A stretch of 64,000 nt of DNA from Octopus sinensis. Its lineage: Eukaryota. The number at the start of each line of letters is the position of its first letter. Position 1 is the stretch's first letter. This document shows, piece by piece, positions 13,541-27,576 of this stretch. A program made the translations under genes and the position numbers. Location: assembly GCF_006345805.1 (NCBI RefSeq), contig NC_043005.1, positions 39,680,001 through 39,744,000 on the forward strand. Reading direction: 5' to 3'. The notes under the pieces are model-generated. The model was not told the DNA's origin. It saw nothing but the letters and a program-made list of their open reading frames with translations, and did no database searches.

Positions 13541-14473
13541 AATAATAGTAATAATAATAATAATATATGCATATGTGTGTATTTGTATATATATATTCAG
13601 TGTCGAGAAGCTAAAATGAGTGTTATTCGTTGAGTTATTTTCAAGCATATAGCTACAATTGCTTAAAGAAACGAAAAGCTTATTTTCAAGGACAACTATT
13701 ACTCAACAAGTCCACCAATTACAGCTATAATTCGTTGAGAAAGGATGTTTTATCCACGTTAATAATCTTGAATCGTCTCCTGTTAGCAGGCTTTCCTCAG
13801 ATTTTGCATCGGATTTGACATCGAAGTAGTCCCACCGCTAAAATTTAAATGAATAGAGATTTAATGAGTAGAAATGCCAGAATTCTTCGTGGGCAAACAG
13901 CCATTATTGAAATTGTAAAACAGTGATTGAAAAGACATTGATGCCGCAGATAACTGGCAGGATGAATAAAAATCTGTTATGTGCAACGAAAGCAGTACTA
14001 GTTTAAAATTGTAATTTGTGTATTGTACTTAAAGTAGATACATCTTTGAAAGCCTAATTAGCTACTGTATTCATTCTCAGATAGTAACTATTATGAGCAT
14101 CCTATGATAAAAGACACAAAATGAAATCAGCAGTAGGCGAAAATCGTTTTAGTATGCGGTTGGCAGTGGAGACACGCTACTAACGAAACCCATTGAAGGA
14201 GACATTTGCATCTACCAATGACACCACTATTACTGAGTGATTTTCATCATTTGGTTTTAAATACAGAACATCCATAGAAAATATTATTTCAGGGCGAATA
14301 CCGCAGTTAGTTAGGCTTTCCATTATGTATCTGCTTTAAATATGATACACCGATTACTATTTTGAATTAAAACTGCTTCTGTTGCGCATAACAAATATAT
14401 ATATATATATATATATTTGTTATACGCAACAGGTATAGGTATATATGTGCGTGTGTGTTCCTCTAAGCGTGCA

Positions 14474-14526
<53 letters not shown>

Positions 14527-14651
14527 GGATGTGTGCGAATCTATGAGCTATTTTTGGAAGTGATAGCTTATTGTTTATTATTGGTGGCAACGTCTTATAT
14601 TCTTCACGACTCATGAAGGTGTTAGTAGTAGTAGTAGTTGTAGTAGCAATA

Positions 14652-14717
<66 letters not shown>

Positions 14718-15129
14718 GGATGATTGTAGTAGCGGTGGTGGTAGTCGTGCTGGTCTTGGTAGTTGTAATTGTAGCTGGAAAAATGTGTTAAATGAATTTC
14801 ATTCGTCTCAGATCAGAGGCAAGTTTACTACTCTTGGAAGCGCGCGCGCGATTGTGTGTATGTGTTGAATATTGGTTTATACATACACACAAAGAAATTC
14901 ATGCATATACACATCAATTCGTAGACACGAACAAAACAACCGAAACACACACACCACAAACTTTTATGTACATGTACTTATATATATATATATATATATA
15001 TAATTATATTATTATATATTATATATATATATATTATCATATATATATATACAGTGTGCATTTAAACACAAAAGAAGTATCCATCATAGGACTACCTGCA
15101 CGCAAGAGAGGACTTAAATACCAAACCAC

Positions 15130-15480
15130 TATTAGGGATAACATTTCGAATGAATGAAAAATATAACATTTACTACTAACTTCTGGACCAATGATTTTAG
15201 ACTTTTTTTTTTTAGCAAATAAAATAATTTGCTAGGCGAAGCCTTCTTCAGCATATATACACGAGGCAATCCAGTATATGCCCCCGTGCTTATACATTTT
15301 AATTTTTCAAATCTACCGCGCAAGCGCAGCTCCCTGTCGGTAGTAAATAAGTATGCCGCTTTTTCATTTCGAAAATTATCCAAGAAAAATTTATCAATAA
15401 TTAATAGTATCAAGGGGTAATCTGAAATATTAGAAATTTCTATTACCAGTGGCCTAGCGTGTAAAAAATTTATCAATTAC
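15130..15480 (-). mobile_element. Interspersed repeat, possibly the 3' end of a Penelope-like element
   Basis: TTCGCCTAGCA...TTATTTGCTAAA is shared with a plus-strand copy at 49091-49200. Weak similarity of LILLIIDKFFLDNFRNEKAAYL to GIY-YIG C-terminal tails. Confidence 0.3.
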
Positions 15481-15625
15481 TATATATCATCATATAAATA
15501 CAGTGTACATTTAAACACACACACACATATATATACATGTATATATACATACACAAGCATATATATATATATATACACACTATATAAACATATATATACA
15601 TGTATATATACACACACACACACGC

Positions 15626-15656
<31 letters not shown>

Positions 15657-15662
15657 ATATAA

Positions 15663-15890
15663 TAAAATTAGGGAATAAATCCAAACTTACAGGGAAAAAT
15701 CAGATTTAGGATTAAATCCAATTTTATAGTAAAATATATTATATTATATTATATTAATTAGAGATAAACCACTATTAGGCAAATCAAACAATGAAAAACA
15801 TAAGCCATACATAAAATAATTAATTTATATTATTTTAAATATATATCAAAAGTATTAAAAGTTTAATAAAAGATAAAGAGTAAAACACTA
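15663..15890. repeat. AT-rich interspersed repeat (family B) between (TA)n tracts; related copy near 20626-20745
   Basis: AGGGAATA...TTACAGGGAAAAAT...ATTTAG...AACCACTATT present in both copies. Confidence 0.55.
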
Positions 15891-15891
15891 T

Positions 15892-15931
<40 letters not shown>

Positions 15932-16771
15932 AATATATGATCAGATAGATGAGGTGTATGCATGGGCAAATAAATCTGCGTGTATGTAATTGTAAATAAT
16001 TATCGTAACGGATTTAAAGATATCTGTGAGTGTCCGTATATATTGCGGCACTGGTGAGGAGCTGTTTGATTAGCATTTGAAAATCTGATTTATCTCAGAA
16101 GTAAGGTATTCACAAATTTAGATGCACTTTCTAGTTATTCGTTTAACCAGACATTATTTGTTAAAACATGTGTATGTGTTTTGCGTGTGTGTATGTGTGT
16201 GTTTGCGTGTGTGCGTGTGTGTTCTCTAGCAGTTTTAATTATTTGAATTCTTACTGTTAGGAAGGAACAAAAGACAAACCTCATCGTTAGAGTATAGATA
16301 AGAAAAACAATGTCGCATATATGACGTACTAGATGTATATGTGTACAATGAAACGAAAATACACATAATTTCATACCCGCATATATGTATATACGTATAC
16401 CTACATGTATATATATATACACACATACACACACGCACATGCATAATTCTATAAAAATATAGAAGCATACATACAATTAAAACACATGAATACGTAGGTG
16501 TATCCACTCACTAAATGGAGCTTTATCTTTGTAGCTATCATATATATTGTTAAATATCTGTTAATCAGATATTAAAAGCACCTTGCATTTATAAGCTGTT
16601 GGGCAGGTAACAGTTAACTATTTTTACTTAGGTAAGTAGATTACAATGATAACATTGATGTAATGTAACATATACCTAGCAATTAAAGAGATATAGAGAT
16701 ATACGCGTAAATTCACACTCATACGTACGCACAGACACATAGATACCAATATGTGTGTGTGTGTGTGTGAG

Positions 16772-16806
<35 letters not shown>

Positions 16807-16894
16807 ATATATGTGTGTATTCATATATATATATATATACGTGTGTGTGCATGCGTGCGTATGCATGCATATATGTATGCGCGCGCGCATATAT

Positions 16895-16932
<38 letters not shown>

Positions 16933-16945
16933 ATATATATATATA

Positions 16946-17133
16946 GAGAAGAATTCACAAAACAAAAATAAAAGACGAAGACAGGTGGGGTAGACAACAA
17001 ACAGATGTATTAGTTTAACACTCGGGAAGTGAAAAAGTTTTTAACGTTTCGAGCCTACGCTTTTGTACAGAAAGGAACACAGAAAGAAACAGGGAGAGAA
17101 AATAAAGAATGTGTAGTGGCTAGCGATCAGTCA
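16946..17133 (-). mobile_element. TA-embedded ~190-bp element (family A), degenerate hammerhead-like motif at 17038-17074
   Basis: Minus strand reads CTTT CTGTACA A AAGC GTAG GCTC GAAAC GTT AAAA; both ends abut TA-rich tracts. Confidence 0.75.
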
Positions 17134-17189
17134 TATATATTATATACATATATATATATATATATATAATATATATATATAATATATAT

Positions 17190-17221
<32 letters not shown>

Positions 17222-17360
17222 AGTGTATAGATATTTATACACGGAGAGAAAATCACGAAGTGGTTTTCTTATATGCTAAAAAAGGCAATCAAAACCCCAA
17301 CCACTGGTATAAGTTATTATTTTAATAATTTGTACCATTACATTTATATATATATATATA

Positions 17361-17555
17361 GGGAGAATTCGTGAAAGAAACAAAAGACGAAGACATGTGG
17401 TGTAGAAAACAAACAGATATATTAGTATAACGCTCAGGAATTGAAAAGATCTTTTACGTTTCGAGCCTACGCTCTTCCACAGAAAGGAATACAGAAAGAA
17501 ACAAGGAGAGAAAAAAACGAGAGAAAAAATGTGTGTAATGGCTACCGATCTATCA
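17361..17555 (-). mobile_element. TA-embedded ~190-bp element (family A), hammerhead-like motif at 17451-17486
   Basis: Minus strand reads CTTT CTGTGGA A GAGC GTAG GCTC GAAAC GTA AAAG. Confidence 0.8.
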
Positions 17556-17681
17556 TCTTTGTTTAAAATTTGTGCTTGATGCAATGTTGTAGCTATAAGA
17601 GTTACTTACTATGTTGTGAACAGTGCATTGGTATACGACGTTGAATCTTACAAATATTACATACATACATACATACATACA

Positions 17682-17712
<31 letters not shown>

Positions 17713-18449
17713 CATACATACATGCATGCATACATACATACAAAGTATGGGGGTTTAGTTCACAGGTGATCTAAACGATTAGGTAAACTAGCTAAGTGCT
17801 GTAACGAATTACTAGGGCTCCAAGATTATAGTCGAGACGGTAGTTATGGAGCCATTGCAGATTTCCGATTCGGTGGATATATAATTATTAAAGAGGACGG
17901 CAAACGTTAAGGCAAGGCAAATCCCTGAAGTCGTATACATTATCGTAGAATCTATTATCACCTCATTTAATAAACGTAAACTTATCTCTTACTATCTAAA
18001 TGCATACAACTCTGCCATAGACCTACACAAATGAAAACACTAACACCGATCGCAATAACATATCTAATGCCATGGCCGAACTACTTTAAGCAACTTAAAC
18101 ATACATAATATTGTCTCCACCTCGGAAGGTAATGGGCGCACAGCTGAAATCGAGAGAAACACTAATAGGCACACTGATTCTAACAATACGGACTGTATTA
18201 TAACCACTACAACTAATAATACATATACTTCAATTACTGATAAGACTAGCAATAATATTAATACTAACACCAACGACAATATTTCCGTTACTTAAAATAG
18301 TACTACTACTAACACTCCTACCATAAACGCAACTACTAATAGCTGTAATACTAACATCACTAATACCATCTCCTCTGTCATCGCTATTACTAACATTACT
18401 ACCAACGATCCTACTACTGCCGTTGCTGCTGCTGTTACTGCTGCTGCTG

Positions 18450-18482
<33 letters not shown>

Positions 18483-18683
18483 TTACCACCATCACCACCA
18501 CCACTACTACTAGTAGTAGTAATTGATAATAATATTTAAACAGCGATGCCGATATACGATAATGATAATAATAATAATAATGGTAACGATGGCGTTGATA
18601 TCGAGACTAGAAACGACATCAGTAATAACAGCAATATCAATATCGATTCACCTAGAACCATCCTAGCCACTACCAGCACTACC

Positions 18684-18736
<53 letters not shown>

Positions 18737-18759
18737 CAATTAACCATCGTAGAATTGAT

Positions 18760-19170
18760 AACTGCAACTGCAAATCCGGGACAGACTGCCTGCTGCAAGC
18801 CCAATGAAGAAGATTCAATGTCGTATACCAATGCACAGTTCACAACATAGTAAGTAACTCCTATAGCTACAACATTGGATCAAGCACAAATTTTAAACAA
18901 AGATATTATGCACATTTAAACTGGTTTAAATATAATGAGAATAGCTAGCTACGTACACCATCTAATTAACAGAAAAATACAATATAAACTTTCCTGGGCT
19001 ATAATAGACTCGGGTATCTCATATCAGGGCCAACACTCCAATTGTGGACCCTTCTTAAAAGAAGCCCTCAAAATTTTTATCCCATTACTCACCACAACTG
19101 CTTAATAAATACAACGAAGTCTTCACTACATGTAAGCACTAATTCTTCCTCACATTAAATTCTTTCGTAA
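18760..19170 (+). mobile_element. Penelope-like element relic: GIY-YIG endonuclease region
   Basis: NCNCKSGTDCLLQAQ*RRFNVVYQCTVHNIVSNSYSYNIGSSTNFKQRYYAH...LSWAIIDSGISYQGQHSNCGPFLKEALKI...LNKYNEVFTTCKH, i.e. VVY/IG motifs, R...H and a Cys-rich leader; disrupted by stops and frameshifts. Confidence 0.75.
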
Positions 19171-20466
19171 ATCTAAATGTAAGTTTACCCACCACGAATA
19201 GCACCCACTACAAACCCCTATGATCATTAATACATAACCTTCTATATCTCTTCTATCTCTCCTATATCTATATCTCTTATTTCTACCTTATCTCTTATAT
19301 CTCTTCTACTTAGCTTGCCTCATCACTTTATGAGATAAATATTAATTCTTTAATTAATCCTTAATTTTATTTTTAAACCTTAAGCCAATAAATCCCCTAA
19401 TGTCTAACTCCCACTCACAAATAAGTTAACATTCAACTAGGTCCTCCATTCTCGACTACCTACACACTCTAACAGCATTGCTAAAAATAACTCTACAGCC
19501 ACTGACCTTAGCCAGAATTGGCACAAATATTTACTACTAGATTTCCTCTCCAACACCTATAGACTTTAGGACTACAACTGACACCTACTACTCTCCTTAG
19601 ATTCCATACATTTTGCGCTATTTTGTATATTTTAAATCTATTTTCCTCTGCCTCCTCATCCTTTCTCTTATTTTCTTGGCTACCCCTACACAATATTATT
19701 AGACACCATATGTCTATACACCTTACTTTATCTTAAAGCCAAACCTTAACCCCTCACTCTATCTACCTCTACTTCTATTTATTTACTTAATATAACATTC
19801 TGTTGTTGAACGTTGATATGTTCACGTCTTTTTTCTCTGAATGTTTACTATATCAGGATTTTAACCCACATGGATCTACGCAGGATTTCACCTAAGGACT
19901 TATCCTCTTCTGGCTACAACATCGATAAGTTGAACTATGGACTTTTATGCTTCTTTTTTCTTTACGGAGACAGTTGCTGTCTCCGTAAGCAAAATTTAGA
20001 TTTCCATGCTACAACATCTATGGCTTTTCCATAGGTAGTCCTGCAAGGAATCAAGTTGCCGGTGGTGTTAGTTATTTGCAATTCTGGCATTTACTATCTG
20101 ATGTTTCAGCACGGAAATCTAAATTTTGCTTACGGAGACAGCAACTGAATATCGCCTGAGGAGATGCATACAGATCTTCTTATACAGGTAAATCGTTAAA
20201 TAATTTAATTTAAATTTTAAATCCTGTATATACTGGGATTTGTATGTATCGAAACATTTGTAGCGATTAAAAAGCTGCCTAACTGTCCTTACACTTCCTT
20301 TTGATTTTGACTCTTTTAGTTTTTACTTTTTATTTTTACACACAAGGGATACCTAAGACTAGAATTCGTGGCATACCATAAGAATACTACCTGCTGTTTA
20401 GGATTCTAAGGATGAACGAGCTCTATTTCTACTCTTATCCGTTCTTAACAGAACACATCTCAACTG

Positions 20467-20555
<89 letters not shown>

Positions 20556-20953
20556 GTATATATAAATACATATATCTATATAGATAGATAATAATAATAA
20601 TAATAATAATTATAATAATAATAATAGGGAATATAATTCTAAAATTTACAGGGAAAAATTCAATTTAGCAATTTTAAATCAAATTTCACAATATATAATA
20701 TATGTATATGATTTGGAGAAAAACCACTATTAAACAATTCAATAGTGAAAGATGTTATCCACACCATATAGAAAACATATACTATAAAACAAAAACTTAT
20801 TTGGAATCATGTACTTTATTGATTTAAAATATGTTTTTTTTTTATAGTATATGTTTTCTATGTGATATATGGTGTGAATAACATCTTTCTTTATTCAATT
20901 ATTTAAAAGTGTTTTTTTTCTCTAAATTTTATACATACACACACACATACACT

Positions 20954-21016
<63 letters not shown>

Positions 21017-21407
21017 ATATATATATGTGTGTGTGTGTGTGAGTGTGTGTGTATGTGTATACCCTAGTAACTTGCCGTCTCTCATAGCATAGAATTATTT
21101 TTCCTTAAAGATATTGTAATATACTTTTACGCATTATTTGGAAATTTTAAAAGTGACAAATGGCATGATAAATCTATTTTACATACGTTCATATACATTT
21201 GCGAATTAGTTGCTGTAAGTGTTTTTTACCAACCAATTAAAGTTGGTAACCGGACATTGGTAATCAGATAGTAAATGCCGGAATTGCAAATAACTAACAC
21301 CAACGGCAGCTTGATTCCTTGCAGGACTACCTATGGAAAAGACGAATCATGAATTTTTATTTTTCATAATATTTATCGAAACAGTATACTCTTTGGATCA
21401 GTCCCCA

Positions 21408-22195
21408 TTATGAGTGAACGTCATTGATAACGATGAAAATATCTAGATAGAAGAAAATAGTCGAGGTGAATCCTAGGTTGAGGTGGAAAGTGTTTGTAGA
21501 AGAGATACAGCTTATCGAATCGAAGTCTGGGAACGAAGTAACACCGATATAGTCGTCAATATAGCCATCATCAGCTATAATGTACTGTGAAGGGAGAAAA
21601 TTCTGTTCTTGAATGTAGGCAACATAGGGGTTTGCATGAGTACAGCCCGTCTTAGTGAGCATAGTGTCGTTATTGGGCTCTTGTAAAAGTCACCAAAGAA
21701 AAGTGATTGAAAGGCGAAGGAAAGAGATAGTGTACGGATAGAGGACAAGACAGCGAAGAAATGCTCAAAGGTTGCTAAGCCGACGTCTGCCAGTGTAAAT
21801 GGTTTCTTTGTCTATAATGAATAACAATTTAGAACATTGAGGAGGGAAAGAGAATGAGATAAAGAGATTTAGAGCATGCTTTGTGTCTTTGATGCGTGTA
21901 GGTAAGGCGGATGTGAGTGGTGGAAGCAGTTTGATATAGAGTAGATATATAAGTAGATAGAGAGACATTCGAAAAGATAGTTATAGGCGGATACATGGCG
22001 AGTGTGGTTGTTAAGTTTGTAAATTTGGCGAAGGATGAAGATGGCGGAGTTGTGGAGTGTGATTAGGATGAGAATGGTAACATAAAGTGGACGGAGCTAG
22101 AGATAATGAGAGTTAGAGAAAATGAGTTCTGCTATAGCGTATTGAAGTGGTTGGATGAAGTACTTTTTTCTGGAGAGATTCTTTTGGATACTTTG
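21408..22195 (-). mobile_element. Penelope-like element relic: reverse transcriptase
   Basis: Collinear frameshifted segments SAIFILRQIYKLNNHTRHVSAYNY; LLPPLTSALPTRIKDTKHALNLF...LLFIIDKETIYT; TKTGCTHANPYVAYIQ...GYIDDYIGVTS...TNTFHLNLGFT...YLDIFIVIN. Confidence 0.8.
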
Positions 22196-22741
22196 AAACG
22201 ATACAACATGCGTGCGTGCGTGCGTGCGTCGTATGTGCGTGCATGTGTGTCTGTGTGTGTGTAGCACCTTTCCATATCCGGGAACATATCCCATTGTTGG
22301 TGTCACTTGATCTTCATAGTGAGACAGAAGCAATTCAAAGCTGAAGTATTCTTGTATTGAAGACGGCAGCCAGTCTTTGGGAGGCAATTTATTTGGCCAT
22401 TTTAGGAATATAATATCTCATATAGACTGGAGAGATTATTAATGATTATAAGGTGCACTGGAATTTTAATAGACTTGAAAGGTTTCAATTAGATGTTATT
22501 GAATGCTACTGGAGATGGTGTACAATATTATTTTCTAGATATGCAAGAGGTTGTGACTACGTGCTGATGGAGACAAGATTGTCATATCCTTATTAAAGAA
22601 CATTTCCTAAGTCTTTTCTCTTTATACACATATATACAAGCATACAGCATATACTGTATACATGCATATACAGATAGTTATATAGATAGCTCGATAGATA
22701 GCTCGATAGATATCTCGATAGATATATATATATATATATAT

Positions 22742-22833
<92 letters not shown>

Positions 22834-23004
22834 GGATGTGTATATAAGCAGGCATATATATACGTGTGTTGTGTGGGGATGTATGAGTGGGGTGCGTAAG
22901 CGCACGCATATGTATGTGAAAGTTAATTCTATAGTTATTACTTGGAAAGCTTGATAAGCAAACTTATTAAACGCTATTTATTAATCAATATTTTAAGCTT
23001 TGAA

Positions 23005-23520
23005 AAGGTGAGGAGCTGGCGGAAACGATAACAGGCCGGGCGATATGCTTAGCGGTATTTCGTATGTCTTTAAGTTCTGAGTTCAAATTCCGCCGAGGTC
23101 GAATTTGCCTTTCATCCTTTCGGAGTCGATTAAATAAGTACCAGTTACGCACTGGGTTCGATGTAATCGACTTAATCCGTGTGTCTGTCCTTGTTTGTCC
23201 CCTCTGTGGGTAGTAAAGAAATAGGTATTTTGTCTGCCGCTACGTTCTGACTTAAAATTCCGCCGAGGCCAACTTTGCCTTTCATCCTTTCGGGGTCGAT
23301 AAATTAAGTACCAGTTACGCACTGGGGTCGATGTAATCGACTTAATCCGTTTGTCTGTCCTTGTTTGTCCTCTTTGTGTTTAGCCCCTTGTGGGTAGTAA
23401 AGACATAGGTATTTCATCCTTTCGGGGTCGATAATTTAAGTACCAGTTGCGTACTGGGGTCGACCTAATCGACTGGCCCCTCGCCAAAAATGTTGGGCCT
23501 TGTGCCTAGAGTAGAAAAGA
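23005..23520 (+). mobile_element. Trimeric tRNA-derived SINE
   Basis: One head, then three core units with AG|GTATTT junctions near 23224 and 23408, ending in GGCCTTGTGCCTAGAGTAGAAAAG. Confidence 0.85.
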
Positions 23521-24147
23521 ATATTTTAAGCTTTATAAAACTTATATAAAAGAGAATGTATGTACATATATGTACAGTCATTTTTTTGGCCAGAGCTTTA
23601 AACCCAGGCAACAAAAGTTTCGCATTGGGGCACATTTTTGTAAAGCAGAGGTTATTATTTATGTATCTTATTCGGATATCTTCACAAGATGGAATGACTC
23701 TCTCCAAATCAACAGAATATTGTTAGTTTCTTTTTAAACTTATTTCATCAAAATTCGATGATGTCGTATCAGTGGGTGTATTTCATGTTTGAATATGCAC
23801 GAACCTGGCCAGATATAGCTGTTAGCAACTATGTATGTATGTATGTATGTATGTATGTATGTATGTATGTATGTATGTATGTATGTATGTATGTATGTAT
23901 GTGTGAATGTGAGTGTGCGCGTGTGTGCATATATTGGCCTATGTACATTTATATATATATATATGTGTATATATATGCGTACGTCTGTAAGTATGTATAT
24001 GTGTAAGTAAGAAAAAGTATGTGTGGATACACACATACACACGTGGAGGCATACATACATATATGCATGTATATATCCATACATAAATACATGAATATAT
24101 GTACATATATACACACACACAAACATAAATATGTGTGTATGTATGTA

Positions 24148-24189
<42 letters not shown>

Positions 24190-24198
24190 ATATATATA

Positions 24199-24266
<68 letters not shown>

Positions 24267-25382
24267 GCATATGCGTGTTTAGGGGTGAATATATATGTAA
24301 CCAATAGCCAACAATCCATCAGATTATCTAACCACTAAACTAGTTAGTTCCAGCCTCACAACACTGGTTAGTTAACTATCTATCATTCAATACGTTGCCA
24401 TCAATCTATCTAGTTCGCTTCTCTATCTAAATACTTAACTATAAATATATTTAGTTCTTTATTTCTTCACTCCTAACGTCCATCAATCTCTTGTGTCCAA
24501 TTTTTTATATATATATTCCTGCATTTTTTATTGCTCATGTACTTATTTCTATATTTGTTTATTCGTTTTCATTTCGCCCTATCGCCGTTATTTCTCCAAT
24601 GTATTATGTTATATTCTTTTATTTCCTTCCTGATACAATGTCCCTCACTTTCTCCCCTACCTCTCTCTCTCTCTCTCCTTTTTTGTTTCTCTCACTCTGT
24701 CTCTTTCTCTTTCTCCCTTCGCTATTATAACCTTGTACAAATCCGCCATCTTAATTAAGCATTGATTCTTAGCTTCTCTGCTTTTCTTCCAACGCTGCTG
24801 ACAATACAGTCTTGTTTCTGTCTGGATAAACAGGCAGCTATTGTTGATTACATAGGTACGTGAATAAAATCTTGCTAACCTATTACCTTGACACTGTCTT
24901 ATCTCTCCACATATATAAAAAAAAGAAAAGAAAAAGAACTCTGTTATACGCAAAAAAATAGTGAATAACGATGAAATCTGAAGGAAAATGACAAAATAAT
25001 ATAATGGCAATTCCCATATAACCCTGCCACCACTTTTTGCTCGAAGTAAAATCGCTTGGTGTGATTGATATGTTAACACGTTTCTGTATGTGTTTATGTG
25101 CGTATGTATGTGTGTTTTATTTTTGGTGCATGTTTGTGTGTGTAAATGTGGGACTGTGTATGTGAGTGTAAAGAATATGTATGCGTGTATGTATATATGT
25201 ATGTGATGTACATAGATATATATGAATGCGTGGATTTGTATTACAGAGAGTGTGTACGCAAATTTTAAAATTACCTAGTATTGAAGCTGGCCTATATGAG
25301 AGCGTTTACAGAGCCTATTTGCTTTCTCTCCTCTATGTCGTTTATGCGGAAGTCCTGAGTTTCTGTTTTGTATATATCAGCA

Positions 25383-25506
<124 letters not shown>

Positions 25507-25507
25507 T

Positions 25508-25630
25508 AAGGCGGCGAGCTAGCAGAGGCGTTAGTACGCCGGGTAAAATGCTAAGCGGCATTTCGTTTGACTTTGAATGGTCTGAATCCAAATTCCACCG
25601 AGGTCGGCTTTGCCTTTCATCCTTTCCGGA
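25508..25630 (+). mobile_element. 3'-truncated SINE following a long (ATT)n tract (about 25384-25506)
   Basis: AAGGCGGCGAGCTAGCAGAGGCGTTAGTACGCCGG head through GCCTTTCATCCTTTC. Confidence 0.85.
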
Positions 25631-25632
25631 TC

Positions 25633-25914
25633 TCATATCAAGATAAACAGTTTATGGCCTGCAGATGGAACCCAGTTGGAAGTTTTTTTCAGGATGAGTA
25701 GACCATCCTGCACAAAAGGTCCTTGAATAGGGGCTGTCTGAAGATGTTGAACGAAACATTCATCTTTCCAGAGTTGAATTATCCAAACCCCAAAGAATTC
25801 CTTTCAACACATGCTTATGATGTTCCCCCGCTACTTCTGCTCGTGATCAGAGATGCATATATCGTCAGCCACTAAGGGACATACTCAACTGGTTAAGGTC
25901 ATACAACTGACAAG
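25633..25914 (-). mobile_element. Unclassified interspersed repeat (probable LINE 3' UTR family)
   Basis: Its 3' 31 bp (TGCAGGCCATAAACTGTTTATCTTGATATGA) overlaps the start of the plus-strand piece at 31107-31275, which ends in (AAT)n. Confidence 0.45.
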
Positions 25915-26018
25915 TAATTATGTTGTAATAAGCAGAATATTTGTTGTAGCCCATCTTTTATACCAAGACAAAACAATAAACATGATAACACTTCCAATCA
26001 GTTAAGAGAACTGCTGCC

Positions 26019-26057
<39 letters not shown>

Positions 26058-26993
26058 GACTTTTATAGAGTACAAATTTATCATTCTCATTATAGAGTAC
26101 AATTTATCATTCTCAAATTTTCAAATACGATTATTATTGCGAATTACTTCGAAGTTTGGGCCAGTTAAGCTGATAGTCAATAATCACCAATAATGATAAG
26201 CAATAATATTTCTGCTTAAGAACAGTGTGTGTGCGTGTGTGTGTGCTGGCGTGTATACGTGTATGTGTATGTACATATATATGTGTGGGGGTGAGTGTAT
26301 TTTAATTTCTTTATTCAATATCAGGCATCCCTACAAATCGCTGATCCCAATACATTTCCCTTCTTCCCTTGAATGCGTCTTTGTCTTCCATTTGGGCCTG
26401 TAATGCTAGCTTTTTCCGCTTGATAACATCTTTTCTTTTTTTCTCATTATCTACCTCTGTCCAATCATTAATTATAAACACGATGTAGAGAAACAATCCG
26501 ATTGCTTTATCTAAGTCAGTATATATTATTTTATTCTCTTCTTTCCCTATTCCCCCCATCAAATATTCCTAACTAGCTTCTCCTCTAGATAAGATATTTT
26601 CTCTCCTATCATTTTTGTACCTCAATCTTATCGCTCCTAGCGGGGCGTACTTTCCGCAATACTATCACATGTTACAGTTGTATCCTCCGCATCCTCTGAG
26701 AGAAGTTGAAACATCGACATTGCAACGTGAAGAATGTCAAAGGAAACACCTGCAGTTAGTAGCCACACAATCAAGCCATCGGCGGCGAAACTAACAGCCG
26801 CACTAAGTATACATTTTGAAGAAGATGCTTATTAACATGTTGGACAAAATGCCTTGCATCACTTTTGTCTCTTTATGTTCAAATTCCACCGATTTCGACT
26901 TCGCATTTTACTCATCGAAAACGAGGAAATAATTATCAGTTGAGTGCCGAGGTCGATTAAACTTCAGGCTCTGTGCCTAGAGTAGAAAGGATT

Positions 26994-27034
<41 letters not shown>

Positions 27035-27252
27035 TATCATTATATTCTTTCAGTTTTGTTTCCATTTCTTGCCGAGTGACTTCCCAAAACCTAGGGCAAA
27101 GAAACTTACAGTATACATTGGTAGGCCATCAAAATAAACACACCAGATTGTTTATTTACAAAGTCATGTAATAGAAAAAAAAAGAGAGAAAAGACAGAGG
27201 AAAATATGAAAAAATAAGAAAACAAAGAAAATAATGAAAAAAGAAAGAAAAT

Positions 27253-27576
27253 TCACGGCAGCAATGCCCTTCTCAATGTATGTGACATGCCAGTTAAAAC
27301 AATGTCTTGCACTTTCTGCATGGATGGAAAACCAGGGATCATCCTTAAATAATTTTCAGTTCACTTTTTGATCATTCCAAGTGCTTCCACAATCACTCTT
27401 ATGATAACCGTCTTGAGATTCTACATTGTTTCCATTTCAATCAGCAATTCTTTATATTTTCTGAGCTTATCAAATTCTTTTGCCGAAATGATATGACCAC
27501 AAGGTATGCTCAAGGCAATGTATAAACAGATTTTATTATCTTGGTCTTTCACAACAATATCTGGTTTATTAGCTTC
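27253..27576 (-). mobile_element. R4/Dong-clade RLE relic
   Basis: EANKPDIVVKDQDNKICLYIALSIP...AKEFDKLRKYKELLIEMETM*NLKTVIIRVIVEALGMIKK*...VQDIVLTGMSHTLRRALLP*. Confidence 0.8.

Noticed and set aside
15226-15255. CTGAAGA-AGGC-TTC-GCCT hairpin resembling a hammerhead 5' half
   Set aside because: It is followed by AGCA rather than GAAA, and the second copy near 49091 has the same AGCA, so GAAA is not simply decayed.
26311-26600. IYTDLDKA motif suggesting a CR1/L2 RT relic
   Set aside because: One short motif only; no second RT motif found in register.
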